Shown piece after piece: positions 16,201-26,984 of a stretch of 64,000 bases of DNA. The notes under the pieces are model-generated. The model was not told the DNA's origin and searched no databases. It worked only from the letters and a program-made list of their open reading frames with translations. The first letter of the stretch is position 1, and each line of letters begins with the position of its first letter. This DNA is from Trichoplax sp. H2 (lineage: Eukaryota). Location: NCBI GenBank assembly GCA_003344405.1, contig NOWV01000173.1, forward strand, positions 62,001 to 126,000. Direction: 5' to 3'. Made by a program: the position numbers and the translations under genes.

Positions 16201-19075
16201 AAAAGCGACAGCATTAATATCGGTAAGAATGCTTTCACTTATTTTAATATTAAAATACAATATATAGAAATTATCGTAATAATCGCAGTTTAAATGAATT
16301 TCTATCATTATGGTAATAGCAGGACTGTAAATAGTATTTGCATTTACTCTCCGTAGATGTTGGCATAACCCTTGAATCCGTTCAAATTCAAGCCAATACT
16401 TCCAATTATTTCTTTGGTTTGCCACTTAGCATTGAGTGCAAAGCCAGGTCATATCCGCCATCCAACGTGACGTGGATCAAAAATAATCTTCCAGTAAAAC
16501 CGAGAAATAATTCCTATATCATCATCGCGAATGATCCTGCTAAATATTTGGCTACATCAATCCTATTAATAAATCAACTATCTACGGAAGATAATGGAAA
16601 ATACCAGTGTATTGCCAACGATACCTTTAATCATAATCTGCTGGAGACTACACCATGGATTATAAGTACTTATTTGTACAGATAAATTGATAGTCATGTT
16701 TGTTGCACAATCGATATTGTATAATTAAAATTTCAAACATCTGGTAGTGCTAACTCAAAAATTAATTGCCTTCACCTAATTAGAAGTAACATGTCCACCA
16801 AATTTCTGTCGGCATGGAGGACATTGTTCTATTAGCGGCAGTAGCCTAATATGCAGGTATTCAAATCAAGATACAATATTCTTGGAGATTATTAAAATAT
16901 TTCAAATAATTTATGGTTACAGCAATTGACACTGCAATTTAATTGATATACAGTTTACGATATGAAGAATTCATTTGCGATCGTAATCAGTCCAATCCTT
17001 TAGCTTCGATAATGATCACTATTAGACAGTGAAAATAATTTCATATTACAAATTGTCTAATATTACCCTATAAAAATAAGTAAATGTAGAAAATTCTTAA
17101 TTTAAGCTTCACATAAAAGGAATTCGTTGCAAAGAGACAACTATGTATAATAATCGCAGAAAAACAAAATTCTTTTACGTGCGAATTATTCATTATTTTA
17201 TAAACGGATTTCTGATCAGATGCTTTACTTCTATATTAAAATGCAATGAAATGATAAAATGAATTCTTAAATTTCGTATTAGCTTGCGATTAGATCATAA
17301 CGGTTAAAGTATTGTAAATTACATTATATTATCCCACGTAGCGTCACAGCATTTTTTTATCTTCAGTCAACTTTTTTATTCTATAATATATTTATATATA
17401 TAGCTGCAGCGCCGATTATACCGGAAGTTTCTGTGAAACTATTATACCAAGTAAATTTAGATTTACGAAATGGAATTATTTAAATTTGAAGACCGTTCTT
17501 TAGTATTCTGATAACAGGATTTTGAAAAGTATTTTAGTGTAGTAACTTTGTCCATTTTCATCTTTACTAAGTAATCTTAAAGCCTTTTCAGTATTTCAAG
17601 TATCCAATCTAACATCATTTTAAAATATATTGGTTTCTCTATCTCAGATATTCCTGCCAATAATGTCCGGCTTATTTCAAATTCGACCTTATTTAAAGTT
17701 GACTCTTACGTTAGTCTAAGCTGTCAAGTAATCGCCCGACCAAGACCAATATTTACCTGGATCAAAGATAATATTCCAATACGTCTAAAGAATCATACTG
17801 AAATTGATACTAAAGATTCCTCGTCGAAAAATACTTACATTTCAATACTATATTTTAATCCGCTAATGCTGGGCGATAATGGAATTTATCAATGCCTTGT
17901 TAATGATACCGTCAATAATAAGTTTATACAGAGTGCTACTATGAATATCAGTAAGATTTTATCGACTATAATGCAATATTTTATTAGCTACCAGAATTAC
18001 GTAAATATTTCAATATAATAGAACTATTAAGGATGATACTATAGTATCAAATACGAAACATTTATATCTATAGTTGAATAAATGGCAGGTTATGATAAAT
18101 TATAGCAGTTTGTAACGAATTCGATTATATTATTATTTTAGGTTTTACCTGCTCAGCTGGATATTGTAGTTATGCAGGCAAATGCAAGATATTATCATAT
18201 AATAGGCCAAGCTGCAGGTGAATTTATATATTCTTTGTCTTACGGTATTTCAGACTAACGTAAATATTTTAATCAATTTTACCAATCACAGCATTCTAGT
18301 ATTAATTAACGTCAGGATTTCTGGCTGATATTGTTTATTTTACTTCAATACTTAGTTGTAATAACGGATATGAAGGAAATCATTGTCAAAAAATATTTTC
18401 CGGACTAAGTAGTAAGCATTTACATGACATAAGTAACTTAATCATTCAATATTATAGTGCAATGCTGTGATCGACTGTCATAGTCAGATATTAACGAATT
18501 TATGTCTGAATTAACTATTGCAACATATTTTGCAACCAGCGGGAAGTTATATCGGAATAGCTACTGGCGTTATTGCAGCCTGTCTTTTAGTAGGAGTTAT
18601 CATAATTTACTTCAATAAATATCGAAAGTAAGTATAATATTAATCTGAATGGCTTACTTTTAGCTGGTGATATGCTTATCCTATCAAGTATAAGCCACTT
18701 ACAGATACAATAATTTTCCAAAAAGTAATATAAACCTTGATAATTAAGGTCATTAATGACATTATCTCCACATCTTTTAGAGGCCAAAAATTTGGATGTA
18801 CCTGGAGTTTTAGATCGCAGAACACCAGCTCAGGTAATTTAGTGAGATAGCGGCTGAACAAATTGTTACGTTTTTCAGTATAGCATTATATTGCAACTGC
18901 TTAGACTATACCTTTGATATACGAGCAGTTAGTAATTTTGTCAAAATTTCAACTTTATTCCAAATATTCGAAATTTCTCAATAGATTTTTGCATTGTTTT
19001 TTGGGTATAGGTGGATTGACTCAACTAGACCTGAAAGTATTAGTAGATAATGATCACGCTACTCTGGACGAATAA
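1225..19075 (+). CDS. Multi-exon type-I transmembrane scavenger-receptor-like protein: signal peptide, ~23 EGF, 11 SRCR, 4 Ig-like domains, TM helix and short cytoplasmic tail (~2,600-2,700 aa estimated)
   Basis: Exons assembled by hand with GT-AG sites. 1225-1260 plus 1988-2039 give [29 protein letters not shown] (signal-like). EGF exons include 2530-2643 ([23 protein letters not shown]), 3748, 3962 and 4441. SRCR exons start at ~4834, 5773, 6584, 7479, 7985, 8829, 9949, 10821 ([26 protein letters not shown]), 11519, 12650+13040 and 13763. Ig exons start at ~14914, 15917, 16357 and 17649 (LEC..P.P.ISW.K...D.G.Y.C). TM exon 18539-18627 reads [29 protein letters not shown]. Tail exons at 18781 and 19011-19075 end DNDHATLDE*. 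The start exon is less certain. Confidence 0.88.
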
Positions 19076-20731
19076 ATTGTCAATAGAAACACTTTTTTGA
19101 ACAGAGCAATATCTAAATATCTGTTGGCAAATTATTAAGCGATACTGTACTGTAGATTCAAAATTTTTATACTAGATAATCTATTTCTTATCAAATCGGA
19201 AGATACGTCCCTGAAAATGTCTAAAATTTAGTCTAAGGCCTGGCAATAAGACAATATATTTTCGCAAAATGCGCTCGTCACAATTGCTTAAAGTTAGCTT
19301 GACAATTCTAGTTATGCATAGTCCTACCTTTTAGACTACAATAAAGCAGTATATGAATCAACTGGACTATATTTAAGCTTAAAACAACTTATTCGAACTC
19401 GATTTTATGTAAACTAATGAGATTAGAATTAAGTATTTGAAAAGTTTATTGGTCTATCTCTCTCATATGTTTTAATAACCTGTTGTTCGATTGTTTCTCT
19501 TATTTTATTTGATGTTAAAGTTTCGCTAAGTTGACTAGAGTGCAACGAAAGATGAATTAAAATTATTAAAATTTAGTAGCTTGATCCCTACATTTCACAT
19601 TTCGTTACATTATTATTAAGTAGATAGTTTATTCCTCTTCTTTTTCAATTATTTGGAATTTTGTACGCTAACAGCTTCAAGTCAATAGGAAAAATGATCC
19701 TTATAAATTAGCATTTCAATGCATAGCATATATCAAGTGAAGATGTAAGATTTGATAAGTACGGTCGATATCATGCATACAAAAGTCTGACTAGTTTAAA
19801 TACGCTAATAACTTTTTTTATCTATCTCTTAATTTTTCAATGATAAGCAAGTTGACTCAATATGTTGAAATACAATATTCTTATTTCGATTTCATAGCTA
19901 AATCTCAGTTTCACAATTCGTATGAACTTTTCTATTAGGTAATAAGGTTGAAGCATTTCATGGAGGGTTAAAAATTTAGAATAAACTGAGTACAATAATA
20001 ACTATATAAGCGAAATTTTTGGAAAAAAACTAACAACAACGCAAGCAATATGAGCGGAGATTTAGAATAAATTAAGCACAATAAAGATTAATTACCCTAC
20101 TGATCACATGTATAATGGGAACTAATTAGAACTATTAACCAATTAGGCCTCTAGTAAATCAAAGGGTATCCATGATCTTCAGATTAAGTTATTGCACTAT
20201 TTGTAAGGCCAGGAAAATAATTAGGATTATAAATGATTCGTGACAAGATTACACAATACGTTTATTTACATTATTGCCAGTGCCAGATGAAAATATTTAC
20301 AGTAGATTGGATGGATTCTAAATTTTGCACCCACAGTCTTATAAGAATGCTTTATCTTACAAATTGTAATTAGAACATGAGCAAACATCACTTAGTTCCT
20401 ACCCCAAGTCCATTCAAAGTTTAATTTCTGTTACACTGTATCAAACAAATCTTGTTTAATTTCATTTCTTGAATTGTTTATAGAGTGTTCAACAATCAAT
20501 GCAAAGTTCTAAAGGTTGTTGTTGCTAGTATTTTATATGCAGTTAGTTGGTTAGTTAGTTAAGGAGTTAAATGTAGTCGATAGAAATAGAATTTCTGTGT
20601 CATATTCGTTAAGGGAGTAAAGAAACAGCATAGCAAGAATATTTCTGGATAGAATTGAACAAAATTGAATTGTTTAAAGATCATAGTTCTCAACATTAAT
20701 TACACTCCTATTCGTTGTAAGCATAACCAAT

Positions 20732-21038
20732 ATGGAAGATGGTAAAGAGATTGATGAAACAGTTGAAGTTAATTATAAACGAATCTTGCATGAACTTCAA
20801 ATCGAAGAAATTATGTTTGACTAGAGAGCAAATCAAGTCTTGTCAGATTCGCAAGTCCAAAATTTGAGGAACTCAAATAAAGATAAAGAGAGAATATATG
20901 AATTTATCAGCTTCCTGAAATAGAAAAAGAAAGCGGACCTTTATAATTTTTGTCAGGCTTTAATCCCTCATGAAGAATTCTCTATAAGTGAATTGGTTGA
21001 AGACTTGAAAATTCAAGCTGATGAAGCCTTTCAAAAGG
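20732..21038 (+). pseudogene. CARD (death-fold) domain exon with two in-frame TAG stops
   Basis: MEDGKEIDETVEVNYKRILHELQIEEIMFD*RANQVLSDSQVQNLRNSNKDKERIYEFISFLK*KKKADLYNFCQALIPHEEFSISELVEDLK matches the CARD helical pattern (N...L...L.v..ild.L....vL...e...I.....r...lld.L..k....f..F..aL). Stops are at 20822 and 20921; a GT donor follows at 21039. Confidence 0.7.
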
Positions 21039-21789
21039 GTATCAATCAATTATATACAATATGTGATTAGTTGTGGAAGACTTTGCTTTTATTACGAAAG
21101 CCACATATTATAGTATTCTAAAGAGCGAATTTGCTTAAAAAATATAAGTTACTAGATAAAGTATTGATGCAGTTTTGGTTGGCAGTAATATACTGTAGAG
21201 ACTTGATACTACATCATTTATGTTTATCACAAGTATTTTGTTAGTGCATTGTGAACATTTATTTTAGTCGTGTTAAGTAGGTTATTAATGGAGACGGTAC
21301 GTGTAAATGATAAAACTAGCATATTGAGTATTATAATTATTATTGTTTCTTTCAGGTGACTACGGTTAACACATTAGCTGTAAATAAGGATTCATTAGAA
21401 TTCCTTGAATTGATTGGTTTTGTAATCTAACACTGTTAACTAACTCGTTTATCTATTTGACTTATACTAATTTCTGTTTTGAAGCCTCATAGTAAGCCTA
21501 TGAGGAAAGTAACGAATATTTGCTTTCATTAATAGTGTGCATGAAGGTTGTAGTGCCACAACTATAAAAGGACATGGCAGATTACTGCAATTTTAATCTT
21601 ATTTTGTTTAATTTCATTAATCAACAACCCTAATAAACTATAGTATTTTTTTATCCCTTCGGAGTGATCTCGCTGTGAGACCGTCAAGCACCCTGATCCC
21701 AACCAACTGACCGTTGAAGAAGGCAGTTGTTTACGGTAGAATTGGGCAAATTCTACGTATACTAAAGTTGCATTATGCTTACTTGAATA

Positions 21790-22936
21790 TACTACTTAGC
21801 TAAGTTTCCATACTTTCAAGTTACTTTATTCTAAATTTCGTAAGGGTCTAATAAAGGAAAAGCCAAATATTTTGTTTATAGCAGAAGTAAATACGGCTTC
21901 TCTAGTAGCATCCCAATATCCGAAAAGCCGGCAATCAGTAATACTTGAAAAATCGCAATATTCAGCCGCAAAAGAAACATCGTCAGGATTGACAGACAGC
22001 TGAAATTCATCCTCTTATGATGAATATTTAAGTTTTTAATTTTTAACATTTACCCGTAATATACCATGTAGATTTGAACTAAATCTCAGCTTCTGGCCAG
22101 AAGTCACAAAGATGCGATTGTTAACTTGCCTGAAGAACCTGAATTACCACCATTTGCAATGGATGAATACTGGCCCAGTCGATAGTTTCTCATAAGGATC
22201 AACAACAATATTTGCTTCTATGATCGATGCCACTTGAACATACGCAGAACATTCAAGTTTCCCGATCGTTCTTGTGGTGTACGGCATTTTAAGTTCAATG
22301 CTATCAATCATTTATTCTATGTGCAAACGATTTGAAAACGGGTCAAAATATTATTTTATTAACAGTGCACAGGGAAAGCTAATTTTGATTTTGTTTCATA
22401 CTACTTTGCAATTCTTTTTATTAGTTTTGGTTATAATGAATTTTACTGCGTACATTCTTTTATTACATAAATATTTCTATAGTTTCTTTCAGAAAAAATT
22501 CTGTTTCTTAGTGAAATATTATGATTTATCTATTTAAAACGTAAAATTTATTCCTCTTTCAAGTGAATGGATCAGTAATTTGTAGTGCCGTAGGTAATAA
22601 AAACTTGATAGAATTTCTACCAATTTTGAATATATGCTCTTTCAAATTAGATCTAGTATTTTGACATTACGAGTTTGCTTAAATATGTAAATTAAGTAAC
22701 ACTACTGCCCTTCATTTAAATGTTAATAGCATGTAGCTTGGCGTTCTTCCGAAATTAATTATCAGCAAGTTCATGAATTTTCAGAACCATCATTGGGGGT
22801 TGATTTTTAATTTTACTAGATATACTTAAAGAATATATCTGACCTTCAGTATCATGGGCTAATTTATCTTCATCAATTTTAAAGGAGTATTATTTTTCCA
22901 TCTAAAATTTCTTTTGCTGTCCTTTTCATTGTTCAT
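21790..22936 (-). pseudogene. Decayed intronless ORF, N-terminal part weakly protein-kinase-like
   Basis: Long coding-like frames broken by sparse stops and frameshifts: KIDEDKLAHDTEGQIYSL..MMVLKIH; KLVEILSSFYYLRHYKLLIHSLERGIN; MIDSIELKMPYTTRTIGKLEC...EDEFQLSVNPDDVSFAAEYCDFSSITDCRLFGYWDATREAVF. Confidence 0.3.
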
Positions 22937-22954
22937 CTCAAATAAAGTAAAGAA

Positions 22955-23175
22955 GCAATTTACCATGTAACATGGTTTAATTAATTTGCGTTTAATGTCT
23001 TAATTACGTTGCGATTTCTAATTAGGCTTTTCTATGTAAAGGTTTAATTATAAATGATATTATTGAAACAATTACCATGGAGCCTGGCTTAATTGATCTG
23101 TATTTAATACTTTAATTATGTTGCGATTTCTAGCTCGTCTTTAATATGTAAAGGTATAATTACAAATGATATTAC
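22955..23175. repeat. Diverged ~112-bp tandem duplication just upstream of the transposase
   Basis: Two copies of caatt(t)accatg...taatta(c/t)gttgcgatttcta...tatgtaaaggt(t/a)taatta(t/c)aaatgatatta. Confidence 0.8.
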
Positions 23176-23387
23176 CTTAACTAAACCAGCTTTAGACAGC
23201 CATAATACTATCCTATAATATTTACCATAATTAGCACGATAATAAATCATTAAGCGAAATATTCGTCAATGCTAGCATTTAGTCACTGAGTGCATAAGAG
23301 TAAGATTGACAGAAAATTTAGTCTACCTTTACGGCTATTAAGTGAAAGATTGGAAATCATTCAAAATCGGCGATTTGAACCAAAAAA

Positions 23388-26316
23388 ATGGAGAATTATA
23401 ACTCTAGTGGTAGTGAATTGATCGAGGAAAAGCAGGATGATCCATCCACAACCGCAGTGGATGAGTCCGCTGATGAAATGGAGATTCCACCATTAGAAGA
23501 GGTAAGCGATAACGAAAATGCTGATTTAAAAACATCGATAGACTTATCGAAACAGCCATTAGAAGATACATATCAGTGGCAGGAAAGCAAGCCAGAAAAA
23601 ACTTACACGCATCCATTCGTGGGTAAACCAGGTATCAATGTTGATACTACTAATTTTAAGCCGATCGATTACTATCAACTCTTTCTTACACCAGAATTAC
23701 TACAACATATCGTATTAGAAACTAATAGTTATGCTTCAGCATTTCTGCAAAGTAGCTCTAGCTTAGAGTGCCATCGAAAGCAATGGTCACCAACTAATGC
23801 TAGGGAAATTAAGAAATTGCTTGGAATCATTTTTCTAATGGGGTTAATTCATATGCCAAACATTGGACACTACTGGTCTACTGATTACTTGTTTAGAATG
23901 GAGATATTTCGTTCCATTATGCCTCGTGGTCGTTATATACTGTTACAGAAATTTTTCCATTTAAATAATAACGACAAGATGCCCGACGTAAAGGGTCCTA
24001 ATCGCGATGCTCTGTATAAACTTCGTCCTCTAATAGACTATTTAATGTGTCGTTTTCAACAAGTCTATACAGTAGAACAAAACGTTGCCGTTGACGAATC
24101 ACTATTACTATGGAAAGGAAAGTTACATTTTCGCCAATTTATACCCTTAAAACGCGCAAGATTTGGTATTAAAATGTTTTGCCTGTGCGAGAGCAAGACA
24201 GGATATACCTTTCGCTTTCGAGTCTACACTGGTCAAGATGATCCAACAACAGGAATGGACTTGGAGTTACCACCCGAAGTTCGTGATGCCGGTAAAGCAG
24301 AAAAAGTAGTTGTCTATTTGTCCTTACCATTACTGGATCAAGGTTATAACATCTACATGGATAATTGGTATAGTTCAGTTCCTCTCTATTCCTATCTTTA
24401 CGAACGAAGAACGAATGCTTGTGGCACAGTAAGAGCAGATAGAGTACCGGCTAGTATTCGAGAGAAAGATGTTGCCTTTGGCAAGAGTAGCACATTTTGG
24501 CTAGGGCCTTTAATGTGTGTTAAATTTAATGATCGAAGCATGGTTTATATGTTAAGCACACTGGATAATGATGGAATTACTCAAGTGACAGTGAGTGGAG
24601 GCCAAGGAGTTCGAGGAAAAGTGAACAAGGGAAAGCCTACATGTGTCGTTCACTATAATAAGTTTATGGGAGGAGTAGATTTACGAGATTCTGTAAGCCA
24701 ACTAAATTTTGTATCGAACCATTAAGCCATTAATTAAGGCACCTTTAGTCCTGTCCATTTTATATGCTATTTTTTATTAATAGAGGCTAGGCACTAAAGC
24801 ACATAGAAACAGTATACTGAATTATAAATTCTATTTATTTTTTGTAACCATTGGATAGTAAATTGAATCAGCATGAATTAGCGGTAGATTGAATAGCTTT
24901 CAATTTTACCTCCAGGTCATTAAAAACTATGCTGCTACCAGGAAAACAATAAAGTGGTATAAAAAATTAGCGATCCATCTTTTGCAGATTGCACTGCATA
25001 ATGCATTTATACTCTATCGTAAAGACCATCCTCAAAGTAAAATGGGATTTATGGGCTTTACAACGGAGGTATAGAAAGGTCATTGGATTGCTACTTATTC
25101 CTTAATGAACTATGACGCTAATTTAAATACCTTTCATCATAACTTGGATGATATTTTCCTAGGTTATATCAGAGTTATTATCTGTAGATAAAACTACAGA
25201 TGTATCCAAAAGGTTAGCAAGTGTATGTGAAGAAAGTCAAAGGTTAACAGACACTCATAATGTGGGAAACATGGAGCATGAGAGTAAGGACGAGATCACT
25301 CATACTCTCACTAATCTGGGATCTCAAGCAAGCAAAATGGTAGGTTAGCTTGATCAGCGAAAGATCGTATCTGTGCTCGTATGTCATGAATATTTTTCAC
25401 CTTCTAGTTGGATACGCCATCAGTAACAACTTTGTAGGAGTATTTTAAGTTGATCAGCGAGAAATAGTTCTTTGACACATGAGTATTTTTCGCTTTAACT
25501 TTGGATTAGATTGATCACTAGAAACTATATCGGTACTCATATGTCATGAGTACTTTTTAGCGTTGAATTTGGATGAGACTAATCAATAACAACCTATTCT
25601 GATACTGATATGTCATGAGTATTTTCCGCCATAGATTGAAATTACATCGATCAAGGAGAAACTGTGTTGTTAATAACCCGTCATGAATAGTTTCCGCCTT
25701 TGATTGCATGAAGAAAGCAGTTTTACCAAATATCATTACAGTGGCATTGTAGAAGCACTATCAGCAATGTTTAAATTTCATGACAAGATGTTGACAATAT
25801 TACTATTTCAGAATAAATAATTACAACACTGTACTGAACAACAAAGTCAAATCTTTACAGTATCTCAAGTAGATTAAATTTGTAATACCCTAATAAATCA
25901 CTGCAATTTCATAATTTTAAAAGCAACCAAAAAGGTTTACCCAGTTGCATTGGTACTCATGATTTCTACAGTCTTGTTCTTTCAAAGATTGGAATGGTTA
26001 CTCTAGAATGGTAACGCGTAGCTAACTTTAAAACACTTGTACTTGTATTAAGGCTATGAAAAATGGACAATTAGTGGATAGAATGAATGCAAAATCCAAG
26101 TTACCTACAACATGTCTTACAGAAATGCATTTTCCACAAAAGCTCAAATCGAGAGGCCATCAGAAAGATTCTAGGCTTCGCTGTAGCATGTGCTACCATA
26201 AAGGTCGAAGAAGAATGGTCACTACAACTTGCAAAACGTGTCCTAATCGACCTGGCCTTTGCATTGATCCTTGCTTCGAGGAATATCATCTTCAATTAAT
26301 GAATTGGAAACGCTAA
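23388..26316 (+). CDS. piggyBac-family (PGBD4-like) DDD transposase, 4 exons, 632 aa
   Basis: Exons 23388-24692, 24916-25068, 25163-25339 and 26053-26316, joined by phase-0 GT-AG introns with the frame intact. Catalytic motifs VAVDESLL, IYMDNWYSS and YNKFMGGVDLRD; also KRARFGIK and RKTIKWYKKL. C-terminal cysteine-rich domain RCSMC...CKTCPNRPGLCIDPCFEEYH. Acidic N-terminus. Confidence 0.92.
25350..25710. repeat. Degenerate ~65-70-bp minisatellite (about 5 copies) in transposase intron 3
   Basis: Recurring gatca...(gt)catga(g/a)tattttt-cgc-ttgga core near 25383, 25477, 25543, 25612 and 25680. Confidence 0.65.
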
Positions 26317-26984
26317 TGCATCTACTCCTTACGATATCTTCTCTTAACATGCTGGTACAGCACCAACTAATTCAATTGACGATGATTTGAACATTCTAGA
26401 CTTTACCTTTATTATCCTCTGTCACTTTACTTAAATAACAATCAAAATACGTTTAGCCATAGTATTTCTGAAATTGGACATACGGTATAACACTTTGACG
26501 GCGCATCTATACTATTAGTCTTTTCAAAACGTCTACGCCTATCAGAAGTTGCATTCATCCTTGGAGGAATTTAGACATGGTTGTATATGATATATCTTGA
26601 ATTTCCGTCAATGATTACAATTTACATGGGTGATCAATGCTTTCTACTATTAATTTAACAATCTAGTATAATAAAAACCAAGTGAAAAATTTAAAAAAGT
26701 ATTGAACTCTACTGAGTAGTATGCTTATTCAAGGCGAGTAAGTTCGTTTCAAACAATATTTACAATTTTGTTTTAGACCTTCTGTAAGTGGAGATTTTGA
26801 GAATATGATTGCTTGGGAACTGTGAAATATGGTGCAGAGTTTACAACTTCTAAATTGCCTTACCAATCTGTCTTTAAGTATGAACTATATAGTCGAATAT
26901 ACTCACAATGACTAAATTATTCGCCCATTAAAAAGTACGTGGATGCTTATTTGCGTTTATTCACCTCGTCATACTTATAATTAT

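Noticed and set aside
3423-18861. Antisense and alternate-frame ORFs over the receptor gene (also over IFT140, the transposase and the oxidase)
   Set aside because: These are shadows of real exons on the other strand or frame.
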